Shown here in pieces: positions 1 to 8,329 of a DNA stretch of 64,000 bases. Below the pieces are notes generated by a model. It saw only the letters and a program-made list of their open reading frames with translations. It was not told where the DNA came from and searched no databases. This stretch comes from an uncultured bacterium (GTDB lineage Bacteria; Patescibacteriota; Minisyncoccia; UBA6257; GWB1-50-10), in the NCBI GenBank assembly GCA_963722655.1, contig CAVRNT010000002.1, positions 138,520 through 202,519 of the forward strand. Direction: 5' to 3'. The translations under genes were made by a program, and so were the position numbers. Each line of letters starts with the position of its first letter. The first letter of the stretch is position 1.

Positions 1-102
1 GACCCTGGACCTGATGTCATCGGTCCTCGGCCGCGGCGGACCGAAATACACCGCCCTGTCCAAAATTGCCTTTTAACCCGGGTTCCAGGTAAAATCATAT
101 AA

Positions 103-1380
103 ATGCCTCCGTTCAACAAGAAGATACAGAAAATAATCACCGTCGTCGTCATCGTCCTCGTGCTCGGAGGCGCCGTTTTCTACGGCGGCTTCGCCTTCGG
201 CGTCCAGAAAACGACCGAACGCGACGCGTTGACCATTGCCTCGTCCGGCGGCGGTTCGCCCCTCAAAGACGCCGACGCCTCCGTCCTTTGGAACACCATC
301 GACCTTTTGAAGCAGAATTACTACGCCATCAGTGGCGTCTCCGACCAGGACCTCATTTACGGCGCGGCGGCCGGAGCGACGGCGGCCGTGGGCGATCCCT
401 ACACCGTCTTCTTCAAGCCGACCGACGCCCAAAAGTTCAGTCAGGACCTGAACGGCAACTTCGGCGGCATCGGGGCCGAGATCGGGATGCAGCAGGACCA
501 GATCGTCATCATCGCGCCCCTCAAGGACAATCCGGCCGAGAAGGCGGGCCTCAAGGCCGGCGACCAGATCCTGAAGATCGACGCGACCTCCACAGCCAAT
601 ATCACGACCGACGAGGCGGTCCAGCTCATCCGCGGGCCGATCGGCTCGACGGTGGACCTCCTCATAATGCGACAGGGCTGGAAGGCGCCCAAGGATTTCA
701 TTATCACGCGGGACAACGTCGTCGTGCCGACGCTCGACTGGAAGATGCTGCCGGGCAACATCGCCGATTTCCAGCTCTACAATTTCAACGCGAACGCAGC
801 GCTGCTTTTCTACAACGATACCCTTTCGGCCCTCCTCCAAGGGGCGAAGGGCATGGTTTTGGACCTCCGGGACAACCCTGGGGGGTACCTTGACGTCGCG
901 ACCCAAATCGCCGGCTGGTTCGTGGACCGCGGGCAACCCGTCGTGCAGGAAAGAATGCGCGACAACCCAAAACCCGACGTTACTCTCGCAAACGGCAATC
1001 AAGCTCTCGCCACGATGCCGATGGTCGTTATCGTGAATGGCGGCTCGGCGTCGGCGGCGGAGATTTTGGCCGGCGCTTTGCGGGACGACCGGGGCATCAA
1101 ACTCGTGGGCGAACAGACCTTCGGGAAGGGGAGTGTCCAGGAACTGGAGGACCTGCCGGACGGCTCCGAGCTCAAGGTCTCGATCGCCGAATGGCTCACC
1201 CCCAAGGGTTACACCATCAACAAAGTGGGTTTGAAACCGGACTACGTCGTTCCGATCACGGACGCGGATGCCGCCGCCAGCAAGGACCCGCAACTAGACA
1301 AGGCGCTTCAGGTGCTCAAAGCGGAGATGAGCGGCGATGGCGTCGCCGCGCCGATCCAGGTCCAGGTGCAGGCCAACTGA
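103..1380 (+). CDS. Carboxyl-terminal processing protease (S41 family, PDZ domain)
   Basis: 425-aa ORF. N-terminal TM/signal segment, PDZ-like region (GIGAEIGMQ...IAPLKDNPAEKAGLKAGDQIL) and S41 catalytic block (VVIVNGGSASAAEILAGAL...GEQTFGKGSVQ). ATG at 103, TGA at 1378-1380. Confidence 0.85.
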   Translation: MPPFNKKIQKIITVVVIVLVLGGAVFYGGFAFGVQKTTERDALTIASSGGGSPLKDADASVLWNTIDLLKQNYYAISGVSDQDLIYGAAAGATAAVGDPYTVFFKPTDAQKFSQDLNGNFGGIGAEIGMQQDQIVIIAPLKDNPAEKAGLKAGDQILKIDATSTANITTDEAVQLIRGPIGSTVDLLIMRQGWKAPKDFIITRDNVVVPTLDWKMLPGNIADFQLYNFNANAALLFYNDTLSALLQGAKGMVLDLRDNPGGYLDVATQIAGWFVDRGQPVVQERMRDNPKPDVTLANGNQALATMPMVVIVNGGSASAAEILAGALRDDRGIKLVGEQTFGKGSVQELEDLPDGSELKVSIAEWLTPKGYTINKVGLKPDYVVPITDADAAASKDPQLDKALQVLKAEMSGDGVAAPIQVQVQAN

Positions 1381-1817
1381 TGAAGGTCATATTGCTCCAA
1401 GACGTCAAAGGCGTCGGGAAGAGGTACGACGTTAAAGAGGTCTCGGACGGCTACGCCCGGAACTTCCTTTTGCCGAAGAGGGTCGCCGAGGTCGCGACGA
1501 AGGAAAATCTCGATCGTTTGGAAAGACAAAAGGCCGCCTGGGCGGCCGAAAGAGAAGTGCGGGTCGCTAAGTTCAAGGAAGAGGCGAAGAAGCTCGAGGC
1601 GCTCGTTTTGAACTTCACGCTCAAAGCGGGGGAGAAGGGCGAGGCCTTCGGTTCCGTTACGGAAAGCGACATCAAGAGGGAGCTCGCTCAGAGCGGCTTT
1701 CCGGACGTGAAATTAGAACTTCCAAAGCACATTAAAACTTTCGGCGAGCATCTGGTGCCCGCCGATCTCGGAGAAGGAGTGAAAGCGAATCTGAAAGTTA
1801 TCGTATCCAGCGCTTAA
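1380..1817 (+). CDS. rplI: 50S ribosomal protein L9
   Basis: [33 protein letters not shown]... is the typical L9 N-terminus. The ATG overlaps the ctp stop by 1 nt (ATGA). The longer ORF-track start at 1191 is a GC-driven upstream extension. Confidence 0.85.
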   Translation: MKVILLQDVKGVGKRYDVKEVSDGYARNFLLPKRVAEVATKENLDRLERQKAAWAAEREVRVAKFKEEAKKLEALVLNFTLKAGEKGEAFGSVTESDIKRELAQSGFPDVKLELPKHIKTFGEHLVPADLGEGVKANLKVIVSSA

Positions 1818-2086
1818 ACGACGTTCACGACTTTCACCACTTTGCGCTTGCCGTCAAAATGGGTCTTGCGCTTGTCCGTGAACTTCACGACGCCGGTCTT
1901 CACGGCGTAGATCGTGTCGTCGCTCCCGATCCGGACGTTCAAGCCCGGGTGATACTTCGTGCCGCGCTGGCGGATGATGATGGCGCCCGGCTGCGCTTTT
2001 TCGCCCGCGAAAAGTTTGACGCCTAAGCGCTTGGATTCCGATTCCCGTCCTAATTTTGTTGAGCCCTTGGCCTTTGTATGTGCCAT
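1814..2086 (-). CDS. rpmA: 50S ribosomal protein L27
   Basis: 90 aa. [24 protein letters not shown]...[20 protein letters not shown] matches the L27 family. Convergent with rplI. No rplU (L21) immediately upstream. Confidence 0.9.
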   Translation of the reverse strand: MAHTKAKGSTKLGRESESKRLGVKLFAGEKAQPGAIIIRQRGTKYHPGLNVRIGSDDTIYAVKTGVVKFTDKRKTHFDGKRKVVKVVNVV

Positions 2087-2129
2087 ACCCTAGAAATTTG
2101 TTGTATAATCCTAATCAAAAGGGAGAGGG

Positions 2130-2279
2130 ATGTCAAATTTCATTAGCCGGTTCAAGAATTGGCGCCGGGAAAAGTGGCCGCAGGTCGTCTTAGCGGCCGG
2201 CTTGCTCGTCGTCGCCGCGCTTGGCTTCGGCATCGGCTATACATCGCGGCGGACCGGGCGAACCGCGCGCCTATCATAA
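2130..2279 (+). CDS. Small hypothetical single-pass membrane protein (49 aa)
   Basis: ATG preceded by AAGGGAGAGGG (Shine-Dalgarno-like) and an upstream TATAAT. Predicted MSNFISRFKNWRREKWPQVVLAAGLLVVAALGFGIGYTSRRTGRTARLS. Below the ORF-track size cutoff. GC matches the genome. Confidence 0.3.
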   Translation: MSNFISRFKNWRREKWPQVVLAAGLLVVAALGFGIGYTSRRTGRTARLS

Positions 2280-2308
2280 TCGAGCAGGGGAATTGTGGGC
2301 AAAATTGA

Positions 2309-2338
2309 TTGACATTCGGACGACGACCGTTTTATAAT
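2309..2338 (+). promoter_or_regulatory. Near-consensus sigma70-type promoter (TTGACA-N18-TATAAT) upstream of the 2426 gene
   Basis: Exact TTGACA and TATAAT hexamers with an 18-nt spacer, about 85 nt upstream of the AAGGAGG RBS of ORF 2426..2926. Confidence 0.45.
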
Positions 2339-2425
2339 CTCATAAAGTGAAACAAGGGCCTGGTAGACCCTTCGTATTTTTCACTGGTACCGGTACTCTT
2401 ACAACTTAACAAAAGGAGGTAAGTC

Positions 2426-2926
2426 ATGGTTGAGGCCCCCGTCTCAATAGTTTCTTCTCAATCGAAGGCCGTCGACACGACGAAGAAAGACGTGCGCGCC
2501 ATCGTTGTCGTCTGTAAATGCTGCAGCCCGTCATCTCAAGGGATCAGAGAAAGGATGGCTTTCTTGAGCCGTCTCAATCTCGATAGCGACCACACTCTGA
2601 TCTTTCCGGTTAAGGGCGGGCCTGTCGCAGTAATGGCTGATGATGTCGCTAACAGCTTAAAGCTGCTAGCCGGCGAATACCCATCAGTATCCAAGGTGGT
2701 AATGCTTGCGAACACGAAATGCGCGTGTGAAGCGGGGATGCAATCCGCACCGTCGCACGGACCGAAGAGCATTAATCAGCAAACCTCGGATCTACTGGCA
2801 TCGCACGTTAAGTTAACCAACGTTCTCCAGGAGGTTAACAATCGACGCGACAGCGGTCATCGGATCGGGATAGAAATGCACCATGACACGGGCGGACCGG
2901 TTCCTCATAAGATCCATTTCGCCTAA
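2426..2926 (+). CDS. Hypothetical Cys-rich protein (166 aa), lower-GC orphan
   Basis: Strong RBS AAGGAGG 7 nt before the ATG. Contains a CKCC motif and a second CAC pair. No recognisable family. GC clearly below the surrounding genes. Followed by an intrinsic terminator. Confidence 0.5.
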   Translation: MVEAPVSIVSSQSKAVDTTKKDVRAIVVVCKCCSPSSQGIRERMAFLSRLNLDSDHTLIFPVKGGPVAVMADDVANSLKLLAGEYPSVSKVVMLANTKCACEAGMQSAPSHGPKSINQQTSDLLASHVKLTNVLQEVNNRRDSGHRIGIEMHHDTGGPVPHKIHFA

Positions 2927-2944
2927 AACTACCAATTAATTTTT

Positions 2945-2990
2945 CAAAAGGCCGCCCTCTTAGGATAAAGGGCGGCTAAAATTTTATTTG
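2945..2990. terminator. Bidirectional intrinsic terminator between convergent genes
   Basis: GCCGCCCT / AGGGCGGC 8-bp stem with a 10-nt loop, flanked by an A-run upstream and ATTTTATTT downstream. Lies between the stops of ORF 2426..2926 (+) and ORF 3037..3795 (-). Confidence 0.5.
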
Positions 2991-3036
2991 CTAGCGAAGA
3001 TCCCCAAACTAGACTGCTGCCGGGCTTGGATTCGAA

Positions 3037-3795
3037 CTAATTGTATCCTACCTTCTTTAACCAATAATCATTCTCCCACTCCCATAACTTTTTCGCGCCC
3101 AGGAAGGCCTGGAAGTCCTCGTGCCAGTAGGGGAACTCCTGAAGTTCCACCCGCCCTTCCATCGGCCCCCATTCGTGCACGCAGGTCTTAGATTTGAGGT
3201 TCTTCGCCAGGCGGATCTTCTCGGTACCGCCCTTCGTCCGCCGCGTTGATTTGCATTTCTTACAGACCTGGTCCTGGTCGATGCGGAGTATCCAGCGCGT
3301 CTCCAAACCCTCAACGCGGTCTTTCATCGCCGCGAGATAGGCGGAGGTCTGGAGGGCATAGTCCCGATAGATGGCCTGGGAGGTCTTGATGTCCAAGATG
3401 CCGACCCGGCCGTCGATCATCCCAATCGCATCCAATGTGCCGGCATATCTTTCTTCGTAGTTCACCAAACGTTTTTCCACGTAATCTTTGTCCACGTGAA
3501 TGCCACGCTTTTCCGAAAATTCCATGAAGGCGTGGACGGCCGGGGCGATCTGAGAGGGGATTTGGACCGGCTCGCCGACCATGATCTTTTCCACCGTTTC
3601 GTGGAGGAGCGTCCCTTCGGCCGCGGACTGCTGTTTGATCTTCTCGCCGGCCTCGAAGTTGTCCAAATTGCCGTAGAAGCGGTAGAGGGCGGGTTTGGCC
3701 TTGATCTCGACGATCTTCGTGACCCGGGGGTACCAAAAGCCGTCGATCTCGTATCCGCAGAGCGCCTTGAACTGGTCCGGGTCGGAGTAGTACAT
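3037..3795 (-). CDS. PD-(D/E)XK nuclease of the RecB/Cas4-like family with a 4-Cys cluster
   Basis: Ordered motifs GTLLHE, AGTLDAIG (motif II Asp), GILDIKTS (D-x-K) and QTSAY (QxxxY, the RecB-family hallmark). One N-terminal Cys (ALCGYE) plus C-terminal CKKC...C, as in Cas4/AddB-type Fe-S nucleases. No cas genes or repeats nearby. Confidence 0.6.
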   Translation of the reverse strand: MYYSDPDQFKALCGYEIDGFWYPRVTKIVEIKAKPALYRFYGNLDNFEAGEKIKQQSAAEGTLLHETVEKIMVGEPVQIPSQIAPAVHAFMEFSEKRGIHVDKDYVEKRLVNYEERYAGTLDAIGMIDGRVGILDIKTSQAIYRDYALQTSAYLAAMKDRVEGLETRWILRIDQDQVCKKCKSTRRTKGGTEKIRLAKNLKSKTCVHEWGPMEGRVELQEFPYWHEDFQAFLGAKKLWEWENDYWLKKVGYN

Positions 3796-3991
3796 TAGGT
3801 AAATTCTAACACCGGAAACGGCCGAAATAAACCCCGAAAACCGGCCCTAAAATCGCTTATACGGGGCTTTAATAGCGTCCGAGAGACATTGCAGGGGAGA
3901 AGGGCAAAAGGGCCTATTTCCTCAATTCAATACTGTCGCACATTATACCTTTTGTGACGGATATATCCATCGTAAAAGGTAGCGGCCATTA

Positions 3992-4444
3992 TTATAGATG
4001 CGCCACTAGGACCTGCAGGAGCTTGATGATGATCTCCCAGATGTAGATCATGAAATTCACCACGGTCTTCACGACGTCGGCCAAACTCGTGCCGACGTTC
4101 TGTGAGAACCAATTATTGATATTGTTCCAAAGGTTAACGAGGCCCGAGACGTCGTAGTTGGACCCGCCGGGTGCCGCATTTTGGGTCGTGACGGTCTGGG
4201 TCTGGCCGGTCGCACTCCCGGCGAGGTTCTGAAGGGCCTGGCCGCCCTGGACCACCTTGGTCGTTATCTGGTTTATCAGGTTCACGACGTCCGTGATGGG
4301 CAAGGTCTGACCGTTGATCCCGCTCAAGGGCTGGGCCGGTTGGGAGGGAAAGTTCGCTGTCTGGGCCTCCCCTACCAAAGGCGAAATTATGAGGGCCGCA
4401 ACGATCATCGCTCCCCAAAATCCTTTCTTCGTCATCTTAGACAT
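3992..4444 (-). CDS. Hypothetical secreted protein (150 aa)
   Basis: N-terminal signal peptide (MSKMTKKGFWGAMIVAALIISPLVGEAQT), Q/T/N-rich middle and a hydrophobic C-terminus. No family recognised. Confidence 0.45.
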   Translation of the reverse strand: MSKMTKKGFWGAMIVAALIISPLVGEAQTANFPSQPAQPLSGINGQTLPITDVVNLINQITTKVVQGGQALQNLAGSATGQTQTVTTQNAAPGGSNYDVSGLVNLWNNINNWFSQNVGTSLADVVKTVVNFMIYIWEIIIKLLQVLVAHL

Positions 4445-4460
4445 TATACCACGCCGCTCG

Positions 4461-5783
4461 TCAATATGCTCCGCGCTGGATGGTCGCGACGTCGCGCATC
4501 AGATAGCTCATCGGATCGATCGTAACCCCGACGGGCACGAGGCCGGCCGCCGGCGCGATGGCCTTGAGCTCGATGCTCGGCGTCCAGTAGAGGCCGAAGT
4601 GGACGTGCCCTCCCTCGGCATAACCGGTCTCCCCCGAATAGCCGATGAGTTGGCCCTTTTTGACCGTATCCCCCGCTTTGACGACCTGGCGTGAAAGGTG
4701 CGCGTAGAGTGTCGTCAGATTGTCCGCGTGGTCGATCATGATGTACTTGCCGTACTGGTACTTTTTCCAGCGCGAAGTGCCGCGGTCGTTGTTGTCCACC
4801 CGGAAGACCGTGCCGTCGGCGGCGGCATAGACGGGCGTCCCGATCGGGACGCCGATATCCACCCCGTTGTGGAAATGATTGCTGTAGGCCGTCTTGGCGT
4901 ATTGGGTGTAGCCGTAAAGCTGGGTTATGATCGGCTCATCGACCGGGAAGGCCAAAAGCCCGGGTAGTTTGGACGGCAGGAGGTTCGGATTGAAGGAGGC
5001 GCGCAATTGGTCTTCGATGCTGCCGATCTCCTGGTCGATGGCGGCTTCTTGGGCGTTGAGCTGGACGATCTGCTGCTGATAGATCTGCTCCTCGCCCTGC
5101 GTCTGGTTCAAAAGGGTCTGTTTGGCCGATTGCTGGTCGCTCAAGATGGACTGCTGATTGGTCAAATTCACCTGCTGTTCCTGTTTCTGTGCCTTGAGCG
5201 AGCTCGCGTCCTGGATGCTCTGCGAGAGCGACGTTTGGAGGTCCTGCAGGTCGGAGATGTTCTGATTGAAGGCCTGGTTCAAAAGCTCCGAGTTCTGGGC
5301 CTCGGCGACGGCATCCGAGAGCTTGCCGCTCTTCAAGATGACGGAGATCGCGTTCGGGCTCTCCTGCTGCTGGATCTCGACCATCAGCTGCGCGAGGGCG
5401 GCGTAGTGGTCTTTGACCTCCTGATTGATCGTCGTGATATTCTGCGAATCTGACTGCATTTGGAGCGTGAGCTTCTGGACCGTGATCTGATTGGACTGAA
5501 TTTGGAGGTTCAGTTGATCGATGTTGTTCGTGAGCGTCTGAACATCATTGCTAAGCGAGGTTTTGGACTGGCTGATCTGGTTCAGCTGGGTTTGGAGGGC
5601 GTCGCGCTGGGCCTGGATCTGCTGGAGTTCCGTGTTCTTGGCGTTGATCTGGTTCTGGAGGGCGTCCGCGGTCGTCGAGGTGGCCGTTTGGGCCGAGACC
5701 GAGCCCGCGGGACCGGCGATCAGAAAAACCGCCGCCCCAGCGACCAAAATAACCGCGAACGCTTTGAAGACCTTCTGGGACAT
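4461..5783 (-). CDS. M23 family metallopeptidase with N-terminal coiled coil (EnvC-like murein hydrolase activator/peptidase)
   Basis: Signal peptide after MSQKV, then a long Q/L-rich coiled-coil region. C-terminal LytM domain with HFHNGVDIG...D...HVHFG (HxxxD / HxH). Start placed at MSQKVFK because the upstream ORF part is Arg/Gly-rich GC noise and GGAAGG lies about 10 nt upstream. About 2 nt downstream of the gltX stop. Confidence 0.8.
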   Translation of the reverse strand: MSQKVFKAFAVILVAGAAVFLIAGPAGSVSAQTATSTTADALQNQINAKNTELQQIQAQRDALQTQLNQISQSKTSLSNDVQTLTNNIDQLNLQIQSNQITVQKLTLQMQSDSQNITTINQEVKDHYAALAQLMVEIQQQESPNAISVILKSGKLSDAVAEAQNSELLNQAFNQNISDLQDLQTSLSQSIQDASSLKAQKQEQQVNLTNQQSILSDQQSAKQTLLNQTQGEEQIYQQQIVQLNAQEAAIDQEIGSIEDQLRASFNPNLLPSKLPGLLAFPVDEPIITQLYGYTQYAKTAYSNHFHNGVDIGVPIGTPVYAAADGTVFRVDNNDRGTSRWKKYQYGKYIMIDHADNLTTLYAHLSRQVVKAGDTVKKGQLIGYSGETGYAEGGHVHFGLYWTPSIELKAIAPAAGLVPVGVTIDPMSYLMRDVATIQRGAY

Positions 5784-5785
5784 TT

Positions 5786-7201
5786 TTATTTGACCTTCCT
5801 TCCCAGTTTCTCGATGGCGACGTTTATCCGCCGGGTAGATTCCTCCGGCCCGAGGACCGCGATGATCTCGGCCGGCCCCGGCGAGGCGTCCAGCCCCGAA
5901 AGGGCGACCCGCAAAGGCCATAGGACCTCTCCCCGGCCGCGCTTCTCGGCAACCGTCATCAGATAATTCTCGATGACGTCCTTGCCGTCCCCCGGCGGGA
6001 CCTTGGCCAGCACGTCCAAAACGAAACGCAAGTTGTCCAAGATGGCGGCGGCCGGCGTATCGCGCCAGATGAGCTTCTGCGCCTCGTATTCAGGGAGTTC
6101 GAAGAAGAATCCAGCGAGGTTCTTGAAGTCCGTGAGAAGTCTCGCCCGCTCCTTCTCCACCCCTAAGACCTTGGCGAGGAAGACCTTGTCTTGCCGCCAC
6201 TTCTCCGGCAAAAAGGGCGCGGCTGCCTCGGCCAGCGTTTCGGGCGAGAGCTTCTTCAAATATTCGGCGTTCAACCATTCGAGTTTCGTCGGGTTGAAGA
6301 CCGCGCCGGCCTTCGATACCCGTTTGAAACTGAACTCATTGATCATCTCCTCGACGCTCACCACCTCGCGGTCCTCCTCCGGGTGCCAGCCCATCAACGC
6401 CATGAAGTTCAAAAAGGCCTCCTTGAGATATCCCTGGTCGCGGTAATCCAGGAGCGACGTCTCCAAAAATCTTTTGGAAAGCTTTTTGTGGTCTGGCCCC
6501 AAGATGAGCGGTAGGTGGGCGTAGTGCGGCGGTTCGATGCCCAAGGCCTCCGCGATCGCGATCTGCTTCGGGGTGTTCGAAAGATGGTCCTCGCCGCGGA
6601 TCACGTGGGTGATCGCCATCTCGTAGTCGTCCACGACGACGGCGAAGTTGTAGAGCGGCGAATTGAGGTCCTTCGCGATGACGACGTCGCCGATGAGGCC
6701 CAGATCGAATGAGACGCGGCCGCGGACGAGGTCGGTGAAGGCCGCCTCCTTCTCCGGCATCTTGAAACGGATGACGGCCGGCTGCTTTTTCATCCTCTCT
6801 TTCGCTTCGGCGGGCGGGATCGTCCGGCACCGGCCGCCGTATTTGGGCGGGAGCCCCTGGCTAAGGAGCGCTTGGCGCTCGGCCTCCAGTTCTTCGGGCG
6901 TGCAGAAACAATAATAGGCCTGACCGTTCTCCAAGAGCTTTCCCAGGTATTTCTTGTAGACCGCGAGGCGCTCGCTTTGGCGCCACGGCTCCTCGTCCCA
7001 GTCCAAGCCGAGCCACTTGAGGCCGTCCAGCAAGATCTTCTCGTATTCCTTCTTGGAACGCTCCTTATCCGTGTCCTCGATGCGCAAAAGGAACTGACCG
7101 CCATCGTGGCGGGCGAAGAGCCAATTAAAAAGCGCCGTTCGGGCGTTTCCCAAGCTGAACGGGCCCGTCGGCGAAGGCGCGAACCGGACTCTGACTGCCA
7201 T
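5786..7201 (-). CDS. gltX: Glutamyl-tRNA synthetase
   Basis: 471 aa. Class I aaRS catalytic core RFAPSPTGP..., KLSKR (KMSKS-like) and an anticodon-binding C-terminal domain. The HIGH position reads FSLGNA rather than HVGG. Confidence 0.85.
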   Translation of the reverse strand: MAVRVRFAPSPTGPFSLGNARTALFNWLFARHDGGQFLLRIEDTDKERSKKEYEKILLDGLKWLGLDWDEEPWRQSERLAVYKKYLGKLLENGQAYYCFCTPEELEAERQALLSQGLPPKYGGRCRTIPPAEAKERMKKQPAVIRFKMPEKEAAFTDLVRGRVSFDLGLIGDVVIAKDLNSPLYNFAVVVDDYEMAITHVIRGEDHLSNTPKQIAIAEALGIEPPHYAHLPLILGPDHKKLSKRFLETSLLDYRDQGYLKEAFLNFMALMGWHPEEDREVVSVEEMINEFSFKRVSKAGAVFNPTKLEWLNAEYLKKLSPETLAEAAAPFLPEKWRQDKVFLAKVLGVEKERARLLTDFKNLAGFFFELPEYEAQKLIWRDTPAAAILDNLRFVLDVLAKVPPGDGKDVIENYLMTVAEKRGRGEVLWPLRVALSGLDASPGPAEIIAVLGPEESTRRINVAIEKLGRKVK

Positions 7202-7242
7202 AGGCAGATTATAGCTTAAAACCTAGATTCTGTCACGAAAAA

Positions 7243-8328
7243 TCAGGTATTCAGCACCTCCCGGGCGATAAGCTCGGCAGCGTTGGGCTTGGCGAATCCC
7301 CTGGCCGCAGCGGACATTTTGTTCCGCAGATCTTCGTCTCCCAAAATTTTCATTATCTCCGTGAGCAACGCATTCGGCGTAAGGTCCGTTTCTTCCATCA
7401 CGATGGCCGCGCCGGTCTTGGCGTACTCATGGGCGTTCACGATCTGGTGCTCCCCCACCACGTCCGCCGGGAGCGGGACCAAAATGGCCGGTTTGCCGAA
7501 AGCCGCGATCTCGGCGACGGAGTTCGCTCCGGCGCGGGAGACGACGATGTTGGAGGCGGCGTAGGCATTCTTCATCTGCTCAAGGTCCATGAAACCGAAC
7601 GGCTTATATCCCTCTCTCCCCCCCGGCAGCTCCTTAAGATTCGCCGCGCCCGCCTGATGGACGACCTGGAACTTTTCCAAAAATTCCTGGAGGTTATCCC
7701 AAAAGAACTGATTGATGCGTTGGGCGCCCTGCGAACCGCCCATCACGAAGACGACCGGCCGGTCTGCATCCAAGCCCAAGATCGACCTGGCGGCTCTGCC
7801 TTCCGGTACCCTTTCCAAAAGCGCCAGGCGGACCGGATTACCGGCGACGACCACGTTCTTGTTCTTGAAATAGTTTGCGGCTGAAGCGAAACCGAGAATG
7901 ACCTTCCGGGCGAAACCGCCGGAGACCCGGTTCGTGAGGCCGGGAATGGTATCGGACTCGTGGACGACGATGGGGACGAAACAGATCCGGGCGGCGAGAA
8001 GTACCGCGAGGCCCCCCGGCCCGCCTTTCGAGAAGACGACGTCCGGCCGGAGAACGAAGACGAGTTTAAAGAACGCCTCCAGGAAACCCAAGATGAGCTG
8101 CGGAAAAGCGACGAGGTTCGCGATCGAAAAATACCTCCGCAACTTGCTTTGGATCACGGTGTGCGTCTTTATTCCTCTCGCCTCGAAATCGCCGAAGAAA
8201 CCGCTCCTCGGACCAATGTAGTCCAGGCGGACCGCCCCGCCGCCGAGCTTCTGGAGCGCGTCCGCGACGGCGAGGAGAGGCATAATGTGCCCGCCCGTTC
8301 CCCCGCCGACCAAAAGTATCCGTTTCAT
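7243..8328 (-). CDS. murG: UDP-N-acetylglucosamine--N-acetylmuramyl-(pentapeptide)-PP-undecaprenol GlcNAc transferase
   Basis: MKRILLVGGGTGGHIMPLLAVADAL... GT28 N-terminus, and a C-terminal MGGSQGA motif. Confidence 0.85.
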   Translation of the reverse strand: MKRILLVGGGTGGHIMPLLAVADALQKLGGGAVRLDYIGPRSGFFGDFEARGIKTHTVIQSKLRRYFSIANLVAFPQLILGFLEAFFKLVFVLRPDVVFSKGGPGGLAVLLAARICFVPIVVHESDTIPGLTNRVSGGFARKVILGFASAANYFKNKNVVVAGNPVRLALLERVPEGRAARSILGLDADRPVVFVMGGSQGAQRINQFFWDNLQEFLEKFQVVHQAGAANLKELPGGREGYKPFGFMDLEQMKNAYAASNIVVSRAGANSVAEIAAFGKPAILVPLPADVVGEHQIVNAHEYAKTGAAIVMEETDLTPNALLTEIMKILGDEDLRNKMSAAARGFAKPNAAELIAREVLNT

Positions 8329-8329
8329 A

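Noticed and set aside
2-76. Possible 3' end of an upstream plus-strand gene (…TLDLMSSVLGRGGPKYTALSKIAF*)
   Set aside because: Only 24 codons inside the window. Cannot be supported.
73-1293. 406-aa minus-strand ORF antisense to the ctp gene
   Set aside because: Arg/Gly/Asp-rich low-complexity translation typical of GC-rich antisense frames. The plus-strand S41 peptidase is unambiguous.
3037-4000. CRISPR array near the Cas4-like nuclease
   Set aside because: Looked for direct repeats of 24-40 nt with unique spacers in the flanks and across the window. None found.
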